Position numbers and translations under genes: made by a program
From: Alphaproteobacteria bacterium
Lineage (GTDB): Bacteria > Pseudomonadota > Alphaproteobacteria > SHVP01
NCBI GenBank assembly: GCA_038121105.1
Contig: JAYONB010000008.1
Location: 15,823-79,822, forward strand
Length of the DNA: 64,000 nt
Direction of reading: 5' to 3'
The notes under the pieces: model-generated
Seen by the model: the letters and a program-made list of their open reading frames with translations, nothing else
What the model was told of the DNA's origin: nothing
Database searches by the model: none
In this document: piece after piece, positions 1 through 7,408 of the stretch
How positions within the stretch are numbered: the first letter of the stretch is position 1
Layout of the letters: each line of letters starts with the position of its first letter

Positions 1-369
1 GTGGCGGCCGCCGTCTTTCGATTCGACGATGGACTCAAGGTGAAACGAGGTTTCGGCAAGTACGTCTTTCGAAAATGGCTCGAACGCCGTAATCCGGCAG
101 CTGAGCCCTTTTCAAAAAAGCGAGGCTTTACGGTGCCCGTCGCGGGTTGGATTCGTGACCATGGCGCCCGTCTGGGTCGGCTCGTCGCAGCTCAGCCTGG
201 TATTCAGTCGGCCTGTATTGAAGGTCGGGTGCAGGGACTATTCACCACCGAAAAGAAAAGAGCGGGGCAGGCATCGTGGGTTTTGCTCTTCTATGCACTA
301 TGGCACCAGGTCCATATACGCGGAATTTCTCCGGAAGGGGACGTATTTGAAGTGCTTGATGCGCGTTGA
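1..369 (+). CDS. asparagine synthase (AsnB-type amidotransferase) family protein, C-terminal fragment; 5' end lies outside the window
   Basis: The frame is open from base 1 to the stop at 367-369. The tail ...GKYVFRKWLERR...KKRGFTVPVAGWIRDHG... resembles the C-terminal region of AsnB-like enzymes (recognised from memory only). Confidence 0.5.
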   Translation: MAAAVFRFDDGLKVKRGFGKYVFRKWLERRNPAAEPFSKKRGFTVPVAGWIRDHGARLGRLVAAQPGIQSACIEGRVQGLFTTEKKRAGQASWVLLFYALWHQVHIRGISPEGDVFEVLDAR

Positions 370-393
370 TCGGCGGATCGGAGCGCAGCGATA

Positions 394-1104
394 ATGTCGG
401 TTTTTGTTTTGGTCCATGGCGCGTGGCATGGTGGCTGGTGTTGGCGGGATGTCGCTCGCCGATTGTCCGCGGCTGGCCACGACGTGTTCACGCCGACTCT
501 GACCGGCCTTGGCGAGCGAGCGCATCTTGCCCAATGGCCTATCGAACTTGAGACGCATGTGACGGACATCGAAAACGTCATCGTGTTCGAAGAACTGCAG
601 GACGTTCGACTCGTGGGTCATTCGTACGGCGGAATTGTGGTCTCTGGTGTCGCCGAACGCCTTGCCTCACGGATTGGTCATCTGGTTTACCTCGATGCCA
701 TTGTACCTACCCACGGGAAGCGCCACATCGACATGGTGCCGCCGCGTCCAGGCGGCTCGTTCGAGCAACTGAAGAATGCCAGTGCGGAATTAGATGCGTT
801 GCCGGTTGGATCGATGGAGTTTCTTGGTGTGACCGATCCTGAAAAGGTAGCGTGGCTTGAGCGTCATCTGGTACCCCATCCGATGGGGACGCTTCTGGCG
901 CCTTCTGTGCTGCCGGATGACAAGGCTGCGACTTTGCCGCGCACATTCATTTACTGCACAGAGCGGCAGGGAAAGTCGTTCTCCCCATTTGCGTCAGCTG
1001 CGAAAGACGATCCGTCCTGGTCGTACCGGGAACTCGCAACAGCGCATGATGCTATGGTGACTGCACCCGACACGCTGACCGAATTATTACTTGAGGTAGC
1101 TTAG
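394..1104 (+). CDS. alpha/beta hydrolase, methylesterase (SABP2/hydroxynitrile-lyase-like) type
   Basis: N-terminal VLVHGAWHGGWCW and nucleophile elbow LVGHSYGG (GxSxG); 236 aa. Confidence 0.7.
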   Translation: MSVFVLVHGAWHGGWCWRDVARRLSAAGHDVFTPTLTGLGERAHLAQWPIELETHVTDIENVIVFEELQDVRLVGHSYGGIVVSGVAERLASRIGHLVYLDAIVPTHGKRHIDMVPPRPGGSFEQLKNASAELDALPVGSMEFLGVTDPEKVAWLERHLVPHPMGTLLAPSVLPDDKAATLPRTFIYCTERQGKSFSPFASAAKDDPSWSYRELATAHDAMVTAPDTLTELLLEVA

Positions 1105-1105
1105 G

Positions 1106-2431
1106 ATGCTCTTTGATCTCATGATCAAATCCGGAACGCTGGTCTCCCATATGGGGATCGGGGTCGCAGACATTGGCATGAGGGATGGCAGAATCGTCGC
1201 GATCGGCGACCTTGACGCCAACCGCTCGGCTAACGTCGTCGATGCGTCCGGCCTGCACGTTTTACCTGGTTTGATCGACACCCAAGTGCACTTCCGGGAG
1301 CCTGGAATGGAGCAGGCTGAAGATCTTGAGAGTGGGACGCGAGGCGCAGTTTTGGGGGGCATCACGGGCTTGTTCGAAATGCCCAATACGAAGCCGCTAA
1401 CTACGACGCCCGACGCCATAGCCGACAAACTGAAGCGCGCCGAGAACAGAGCATGGTGCGACCATGCATTTTATCTCGGTGCTACCGCCGAAAACGCGGA
1501 CGACTTGGTTGAGTGGGAGCGGACGCCAGGCTGCTGCGGGATCAAGGTCTTTATGGGCGCCTCGACCGGTGACCTCCTGGTGCCGGACGATGAAACGCTT
1601 GCTCGCGTGTTGGCGAGCGGAAGCCGCCGGGTGGCGATCCACAGCGAAGATAACGAGCGACTCGATGCGCGAAAGGAGCACCGTGGTGACGATGTCGCCA
1701 ACCATCCGGTGTGGCGGGATGTCGAAACCGCGTTGAAGTCGACGCGCCGTTTGCTGGCGATCGCCGAAAAAGCAAAACGCAAAGTTCATGTGCTTCACGT
1801 GACGACGGCAGAAGAGATCGAACTTCTCGCCGCTCACAAGGATCTAGTGACCGTCGAAGTCACGCCGCAGCACCTAAGCTTGAGTGCACCGGACTGTTAC
1901 GAAACACTTGGCTCGCGCGCTCAAATGAATCCGCCGATTCGTGAAACGCGGCATCAAGAGGCGTTATGGGCGGGGCTTCGGCAAGGCGTCGTTGATGTGA
2001 TCGGTTCCGATCATGCGCCACATTCCCTTGAGGCTAAAGCAAAACCCTACCCAAACAGCCCTTCGGGCATGACAGGCGTGCAAACCACTGTGCCCCTGAT
2101 GCTCGATCATGTCGCTGCCGGTCGGTTGTCCCTGAGTCATTTGGTCGACCTCCTGGCGGCGAGCCCGGCCCGCATTTTTGGGCTGATCGGCAAAGGACGC
2201 GTGGCGCTCGGATACGACGCCGATCTCACCGTGATCGATCTCGGTGCAAAGCGCGAGATCACGCGCGACTGGATCGCGTCAAAGGCCGGTTGGAGCCCCT
2301 TTGAGGGGCGTAAGGTGACGGGATGGCCGGTCATGACGGTGATTCGCGGTCAGATCGTCATGCGGGAGAACGAGCTTGGCGCCACACCGATAGGACGTCC
2401 TCTCCGTTTCCTTGATATTGATGCGGCCTAG
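1106..2431 (+). CDS. dihydroorotase-family cyclic amidohydrolase
   Basis: DTQVHFREPG (HxH metal site), GSDHAPH and C-terminal beta-sandwich residues; 441 aa. The ATG lies 2 nt after the upstream stop. Confidence 0.8.
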   Translation: MLFDLMIKSGTLVSHMGIGVADIGMRDGRIVAIGDLDANRSANVVDASGLHVLPGLIDTQVHFREPGMEQAEDLESGTRGAVLGGITGLFEMPNTKPLTTTPDAIADKLKRAENRAWCDHAFYLGATAENADDLVEWERTPGCCGIKVFMGASTGDLLVPDDETLARVLASGSRRVAIHSEDNERLDARKEHRGDDVANHPVWRDVETALKSTRRLLAIAEKAKRKVHVLHVTTAEEIELLAAHKDLVTVEVTPQHLSLSAPDCYETLGSRAQMNPPIRETRHQEALWAGLRQGVVDVIGSDHAPHSLEAKAKPYPNSPSGMTGVQTTVPLMLDHVAAGRLSLSHLVDLLAASPARIFGLIGKGRVALGYDADLTVIDLGAKREITRDWIASKAGWSPFEGRKVTGWPVMTVIRGQIVMRENELGATPIGRPLRFLDIDAA

Positions 2432-2490
2432 TCGTTAGGGTCCGTCCGCCGATCCGACGTTCAAAAACAAGTAGCCAGTAGGAGATTTCG

Positions 2491-3483
2491 ATGTCGACAC
2501 CGTTCAGGGCCATCCTTGCGACCGAGGAAGACGGTAAAGCCGTTGCACGGATGACCGAAATAACCGTGGGCGATCTACCGGCCGAAGGTGTGCTGATCGA
2601 TGTGGCCTATTCGGGTCTCAATTACAAAGATGGCTTGGCATTGAACGGCAATCTAGGAAAGGTCATGCGGACATTGCCGATGGTCCCGGGAATCGACCTC
2701 TCCGGTACCGTGCGCGAGTCGTCGGATCCTCGGTTTGCGCAGGGCGACGAGGTCATTGTAACCGGTTGGGGGCTGAGCGAGACCGAATGGGGCGGCTACA
2801 GCCAGCAGGCGCGCGTTAAGGCGGACTTCTTGGTCAAGTTGCCGTCTGGGCTCGACCTGAAAAGGGCGATGGCGATCGGGACTGCTGGCTTTACGGCAAT
2901 GCTCTGTGTCATGGCGCTTGAAGATCATGGAGTGGCGAAAGACAAGCCGGTACTGGTCACCGGCGCGGCCGGTGGTGTCGGCAGCGTGGCGACTGCAGTC
3001 TTGGCGGCGAATGGGTACCAGGTAGCCGCCTCCACCGGACGGGCCGAAACACATGGTTATCTTAAGGACCTCGGTGCTGCCGAGATTCTAGATCGGGCAG
3101 AGTTAGCCGAAGCCGGTCGCCCAATCGACAAAGAGCGTTGGAGCGGTGTCGTTGACACGGTAGGTAGTCAAACGCTTGCGACCGCAATCGCGCAGACGGC
3201 GCGGCATGGGTCGGTCGCTGCTTGTGGCTTGGCGGGTGGGAATGATCTGCCGACAACGGTCTTGCCGTTTATTTTGCGTGGCGTGAACCTGTTGGGAATC
3301 GATTCGGTGTATTGCCCTGCAGAACGGCGTGGCCGCGCTTGGACGCGCTTAGCCGCAGAACTTCCGCAGGACAAGTTGGATGCGATGACCGACGTGATCC
3401 CCTTCGACGCGTTGGTGGCGCGCTCGAAACTTATTCTAAAGGGGCAAGTCCGCGGCCGCACGGTCGTCGACCTTGGGGCTTAA
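2491..3483 (+). CDS. MDR-family NADPH:quinone/acrylyl-CoA reductase (YhdH/AcuI-like)
   Basis: IDVAYSGLNYKDGLAL near the N-terminus and the GAAGGVGS dinucleotide-binding motif; 330 aa. Confidence 0.75.
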   Translation: MSTPFRAILATEEDGKAVARMTEITVGDLPAEGVLIDVAYSGLNYKDGLALNGNLGKVMRTLPMVPGIDLSGTVRESSDPRFAQGDEVIVTGWGLSETEWGGYSQQARVKADFLVKLPSGLDLKRAMAIGTAGFTAMLCVMALEDHGVAKDKPVLVTGAAGGVGSVATAVLAANGYQVAASTGRAETHGYLKDLGAAEILDRAELAEAGRPIDKERWSGVVDTVGSQTLATAIAQTARHGSVAACGLAGGNDLPTTVLPFILRGVNLLGIDSVYCPAERRGRAWTRLAAELPQDKLDAMTDVIPFDALVARSKLILKGQVRGRTVVDLGA

Positions 3484-4265
3484 CTAGACCTTCCTCGCGC
3501 CACGAAATCGGCGTTCTTCAAAGTTCGTTTGCCGTATCGGAACGGCGATCCATCGGTTTTCGTCAACGATCCACCGGCAGCGACGATGATTGCATGGCCG
3601 GCTGCGGTGTCCCATTCCATCGTCGGTCCAAAGCGCGGGTAGAGATCGGCCTCGCCTGCAGCAATAAGGCCGAGTTTGAGCGAGCTCCCCATTTGCCGAA
3701 TGTCGGTGACATTGGCCTGCTGGAGGAATTCTTGCGTTCGTTCGTCGAGGTGTGAGCGACTGGCGAGGGCAACGATTCCCCCCGGTGTCGCTGCGCGAGT
3801 CATGATGGGTTTTGGCGCGGCCTGACCGAGTTGTTGAAAAGCCTTCCCTGGTCCGGATGAAAAGAACATCCGGTCTTGGGCGGGGGCGTAGATCATGCCG
3901 AGTGTGGGTTCTCGTCTTTCGATGAGCCCGATATTGACGGTGAATTCGCCGTTGCCGGCGATGAATTCCTTGGTGCCGTCGAGGGGGTCGACCAGCCAGA
4001 AAGGCGCGTCCGGCGCCTTTAGGACGTGAGCGCCTTCTTCTGACACGACTGGGATATCAGGGGTCAGGTCGTTGAGGGCCGCCACAATCAAGTCGTTTGC
4101 CGTCGTGTCGGCGATGGTGACGGGAGAATGATCGGCTTTACGGTCGACGCTCGGCGCGGATTGGGCGATGACCATGATGGCATCGCCCGCGCGTCGTGCG
4201 ATGTTGCATAGATCTTTGATGGTTTGGTCGGGAAATTCGGGCACCACGGCGCGCGAATTTAGCAC
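3480..4265 (-). CDS. cysQ: 3'(2'),5'-bisphosphate nucleotidase
   Basis: Inositol-monophosphatase-fold motifs VSEE... and WLVDPLDGTKEF; GTG start; 261 aa. Confidence 0.85.
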   Translation of the reverse strand: MLNSRAVVPEFPDQTIKDLCNIARRAGDAIMVIAQSAPSVDRKADHSPVTIADTTANDLIVAALNDLTPDIPVVSEEGAHVLKAPDAPFWLVDPLDGTKEFIAGNGEFTVNIGLIERREPTLGMIYAPAQDRMFFSSGPGKAFQQLGQAAPKPIMTRAATPGGIVALASRSHLDERTQEFLQQANVTDIRQMGSSLKLGLIAAGEADLYPRFGPTMEWDTAAGHAIIVAAGGSLTKTDGSPFRYGKRTLKNADFVARGRSS

Positions 4266-4308
4266 AAGCCATTGGTTTTCAAAGAAAAATCTCTTCCTGC
4301 AGAGTCCC

Positions 4309-4336
4309 TTGACTCAAAAGATCACAGGCATAAAAT
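4309..4336 (+). promoter_or_regulatory. sigma70-like promoter of the imuA operon (TTGACT - 16 nt - TAAAAT)
   Basis: TTGACT at 4309-4314, a 16-nt spacer, and TAAAAT at 4331-4336. It sits in an AT-rich intergenic stretch 61 nt upstream of the imuA ATG. Confidence 0.5.
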
Positions 4337-4337
4337 A

Positions 4338-4363
4338 GAACAAAATAAGAACATAGTAAGAAC
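4338..4363 (+). promoter_or_regulatory. LexA (SOS) operator: GAAC-N7-GAAC-N7-GAAC
   Basis: GAAC at 4338, 4349 and 4360, each separated by exactly 7 nt (AAAATAA, ATAGTAA). This matches the alphaproteobacterial direct-repeat LexA box and lies immediately after the -10 element. Confidence 0.7.
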
Positions 4364-4396
4364 AAAAGTATTTAGGGTCCGAGTTGGGAGGATCCC

Positions 4397-5227
4397 ATGG
4401 GTCAGTGTCTCGTTTTTCCGGCGAACCAGGAGCAGGCCTCAGACCGCGCCGCTGTGTTGAGGACGTTGCGATCTGAAATTGGAGCTGCTGAAGCACTCCG
4501 TAGCGTGCGACACGGTATGGCGCCGCTAGGCTTCGGTGATTCTATTTTGGATTCGGCATTGCCTTGGGGCGGTCTACCTCAGGCGGCTCTGCACGAGATA
4601 AACGGGACGGCAGCGGCAATGGGCTTTACGGCTGCTTTGGCTAGTCGTCTTGCCGGCCCGAAGCCGATCTTGTGGTGCCGTTCCTCAAGAAATGAAACCG
4701 GCAGTGTATATGGGCCAGGGCTCATTCCCTTTGGCCTAGATCCCGAGCAAATCGTTTTTATCGAAGCCAAAAAGAAACAAGACTTGCTCTGGGCAATGGA
4801 AGAAGGGCTGCGCAGCGGACAGCCAGCTCTTGTGATCGGTGAGATTGATGCGGTCAGTCTTGTCGCGAGTCGACGCTTGCAACTGGCGGCAGAGGCAGGG
4901 GGTGTCACAGCCTTTCTGCTCAACACAGTTGTCACAAAGCGTATTTGCGAAAAAGCATCGACAAAGTCGGCGACGACGGTGGCATTGACCCGCTGGGTCG
5001 TGTCCTCAGAAGCGAAAGACGAATCTCAGAGAAATGATGCGCGCCGGTCGCAATGGCGGGTGACGCTTGCGCACTGTCGGGGAGGTATCCCGCAGTCTTG
5101 GTTGGTGGAGTGGAATCATGAAGGATCAGATGCGGGTGGAAAAGCAACGCAGGGTTATTTCTCTGTGGTTGCCGAATTTCTCGATCGACAGAGCGAACAT
5201 CGTCCAAGGCTCCAAGAAGCTTCCTGA
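4397..5227 (+). CDS. imuA: ImuA, RecA-fold component of the SOS mutagenesis cassette
   Basis: SD GGGAGGA lies 6 nt before the ATG. Contains ...LPWGGLPQAALHEI...GFTAALASRL...LWAMEEGLRSG...ASRRLQLAAEAGGVTAFLL..., which is typical of ImuA. Confidence 0.8.
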   Translation: MGQCLVFPANQEQASDRAAVLRTLRSEIGAAEALRSVRHGMAPLGFGDSILDSALPWGGLPQAALHEINGTAAAMGFTAALASRLAGPKPILWCRSSRNETGSVYGPGLIPFGLDPEQIVFIEAKKKQDLLWAMEEGLRSGQPALVIGEIDAVSLVASRRLQLAAEAGGVTAFLLNTVVTKRICEKASTKSATTVALTRWVVSSEAKDESQRNDARRSQWRVTLAHCRGGIPQSWLVEWNHEGSDAGGKATQGYFSVVAEFLDRQSEHRPRLQEAS

Positions 5228-6755
5228 AAACGTTCCTCAAGTTACGATTGTCAAAGAGCAAAGCGCTCTTCGTGTCGCCGCGGCCGACCCACTAGCGCAA
5301 GCCTCCGGTATTTTTCCGGGAATGCCGCTAACCGATGCGCGCGCATTAGAGCCGGCTCTTCAGATTCACGAGGCAGACCATGCCGCGGACTTAGCCTATC
5401 TGGTGCGTCTTGCGGGTTGGTGCAGTCACTACAGTCCTTGGACGGCACCGGACGTTACGGGAGAGGTCGGCGAAAATGGTTTCGGTATCTGGCTCGATAG
5501 CACCGGTTGCGATCACTTGTTTGGTGGCGAAGAGGCATTGCTGAGCAGTGTTGTGACCCGCATGAATGATTTCGGTTTTAGGGCACTTGCCGCCGTCGCC
5601 GATACACCGGGTGCGGCGTGGGCCGCCGTGCATTACGGTTTGAGCCAAGGCGAAACAGTGCTGGTTACCAAGTCTGGAAAGGTGCGCGATGTCCTAAGGC
5701 GCTTGCCGGCTGCGGCACTTCGCTTTTCGCCGGAAGTCTGTTCAGGACTTGATCGTCTTGGGCTGCGTCATGCAGGAGATTTGTTTGATCTGCCGCGGGG
5801 GCCTTTGGTGGCGCGGTTCGGCGATATTTTGATTCGCCGGGTCGATCAGGCTTTGGGTCGGAAGTCGGAGCCAATTTCTCCTCAAAATCCCATTTCCCGG
5901 TATCGGGCGCGCATGTCGTTCGCCGAGCCGATCGGCAAAGGCGAAGATGTGGCAGAGGCATGCCGCCAGTTGCTCAAAACTCTGTGCCAGCAGTTGGATC
6001 AGGCCGGCCAGGGCGTGCGGCAACTCGAAGCGGTGTGTTATCGGGTTGATGGATCGCTTGCACGTATTGCCATCGGCACAAGCAGAGCAACACGGAATGC
6101 ACCGCATCTCTTACGGCTACTCAGCGAGCATTTCGACTCGATCGATGCGGGGTTCGGTATCGAAACGATCGTTCTGGGTGCTCTAAGAACGGACCAACTT
6201 GTTGCCGATCAACTCAGCCTCTCAGAGGCACCTCGGCGCGTATTTCGGCGTTCTCAGGCTGCAACGGAAAGCATGGCTGCGCTGGTCGATCGCGTAACCA
6301 ATCGCGTGGGCCACAACAGCGTGCATCGCTTAGCGCCCAAAAGCAGTTATGTACCGGAGCGGGCGATGCAGCGTTTGCCTTACACCGAGCCGCCAGCCAA
6401 TAAGCAAAGCGATTCGTTGGAGCGCTGGTTTGCCAATCGCCCGCGTCCATTATCGCTATTCGACATGCCGCAACCGATCGAGGTGGTTGCACCTATTCCA
6501 GACGATCCGCCGGTTTTGTTTCGGTGGCGTCGTGTGGTGCACCGGGTTGTTGTCTCTGGCGGTCCCGAACGAATCGGCCCGGAATGGTGGGATGCTGGCG
6601 GCTCCGGACGCAAAGAAGATCCGTTGCCGCGAGATTATTACCAAGTCGAAGATGCCGACGGCGATCGATTCTGGCTTTACCGCAGCGGCCTTTATCAGAC
6701 GGGTGACGCATCTGCGCCCACGCCGAGATGGTATCTGCACGGTCTTTTTTCTTAG
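5118..6755 (+). CDS. imuB: ImuB, Y-family polymerase-like component of the SOS mutagenesis cassette
   Basis: The N-terminus ...RRVISLWLPNFSIDRA... matches the canonical ImuB start. I chose ATG 5118 (alternative ATG 5130). The track start at 5067 is probably too long. Confidence 0.85.
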   Translation: MKDQMRVEKQRRVISLWLPNFSIDRANIVQGSKKLPENVPQVTIVKEQSALRVAAADPLAQASGIFPGMPLTDARALEPALQIHEADHAADLAYLVRLAGWCSHYSPWTAPDVTGEVGENGFGIWLDSTGCDHLFGGEEALLSSVVTRMNDFGFRALAAVADTPGAAWAAVHYGLSQGETVLVTKSGKVRDVLRRLPAAALRFSPEVCSGLDRLGLRHAGDLFDLPRGPLVARFGDILIRRVDQALGRKSEPISPQNPISRYRARMSFAEPIGKGEDVAEACRQLLKTLCQQLDQAGQGVRQLEAVCYRVDGSLARIAIGTSRATRNAPHLLRLLSEHFDSIDAGFGIETIVLGALRTDQLVADQLSLSEAPRRVFRRSQAATESMAALVDRVTNRVGHNSVHRLAPKSSYVPERAMQRLPYTEPPANKQSDSLERWFANRPRPLSLFDMPQPIEVVAPIPDDPPVLFRWRRVVHRVVVSGGPERIGPEWWDAGGSGRKEDPLPRDYYQVEDADGDRFWLYRSGLYQTGDASAPTPRWYLHGLFS

Positions 6756-6764
6756 GAGGATGGA

Positions 6765-6989
6765 ATGGCGAACTTAACGATTAGAAACATTGATGATGAC
6801 GTGGTGTTCGCACTCAAGAAACGTGCACGCCGAAACCATCGATCTTTAGAGGCTGAATTGCGCGACATTCTGACGGTAATGTCGCGCAAGCCGCAGATGA
6901 AGTTTCTTGCCGAGCGGGTCGCGTCGATGACACCCCGGCAGCCGCGCCCGTCTGAACAACAATCAAGAGACTCCCGAGCATCCCTATGA
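6765..6989 (+). CDS. ribbon-helix-helix antitoxin (FitA/VapB-like)
   Basis: MANLTIRNIDDDVVFALKKRARRNHRSLEAELRDIL is a typical RHH N-terminus. A strong SD AGGAGGA lies 4 nt upstream. The stop overlaps the next ATG (ATGA). Confidence 0.75.
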   Translation: MANLTIRNIDDDVVFALKKRARRNHRSLEAELRDILTVMSRKPQMKFLAERVASMTPRQPRPSEQQSRDSRASL

Positions 6990-7408
6990 ATGCGGTGGTG
7001 GACTCAAGTGTTGTGGTCAAGTGGTTCGTGCGGGAACGCGGACACGACCAAGCCTTGGCCCTGCTTGATCGCCAAGACGAATTGTTCGCACCGGATGTCA
7101 TTGTGCCGGAGATCATCGATGCGGTCTGGGCCCGTATCGTTGCAGGTGAAATCGGCAACGACCAAGGAAGCGCCATTGTAACAGCCATAACGTCGGGCGT
7201 ACCCACACTTGTGCCGGTTTCTGACTTGGCCGATGACGCGTTTCGGGTTGCTCTAAAAATGGACCGATCGGCACATTTGGCGACCTATATCGTGTGTGCT
7301 CAATCGCTCGATGCCGGTTTCGTGACTGCCGATGAAAATGCGGCTCTCATGGCGAGAGAAAGTCTAGGGGAAGATCGGGTTACCTTGCTTTCAGGATCGG
7401 TTCCGTGA
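6986..7408 (+). CDS. vapC: PIN-domain ribonuclease toxin (VapC-like)
   Basis: 140 aa with N-terminal VVDSSVVV (Asp6), PEIID (Glu42) and FVTAD (Asp115). It is coupled by ATGA to the antitoxin and by GTGA to dnaE2. Confidence 0.7.
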   Translation: MNAVVDSSVVVKWFVRERGHDQALALLDRQDELFAPDVIVPEIIDAVWARIVAGEIGNDQGSAIVTAITSGVPTLVPVSDLADDAFRVALKMDRSAHLATYIVCAQSLDAGFVTADENAALMARESLGEDRVTLLSGSVP

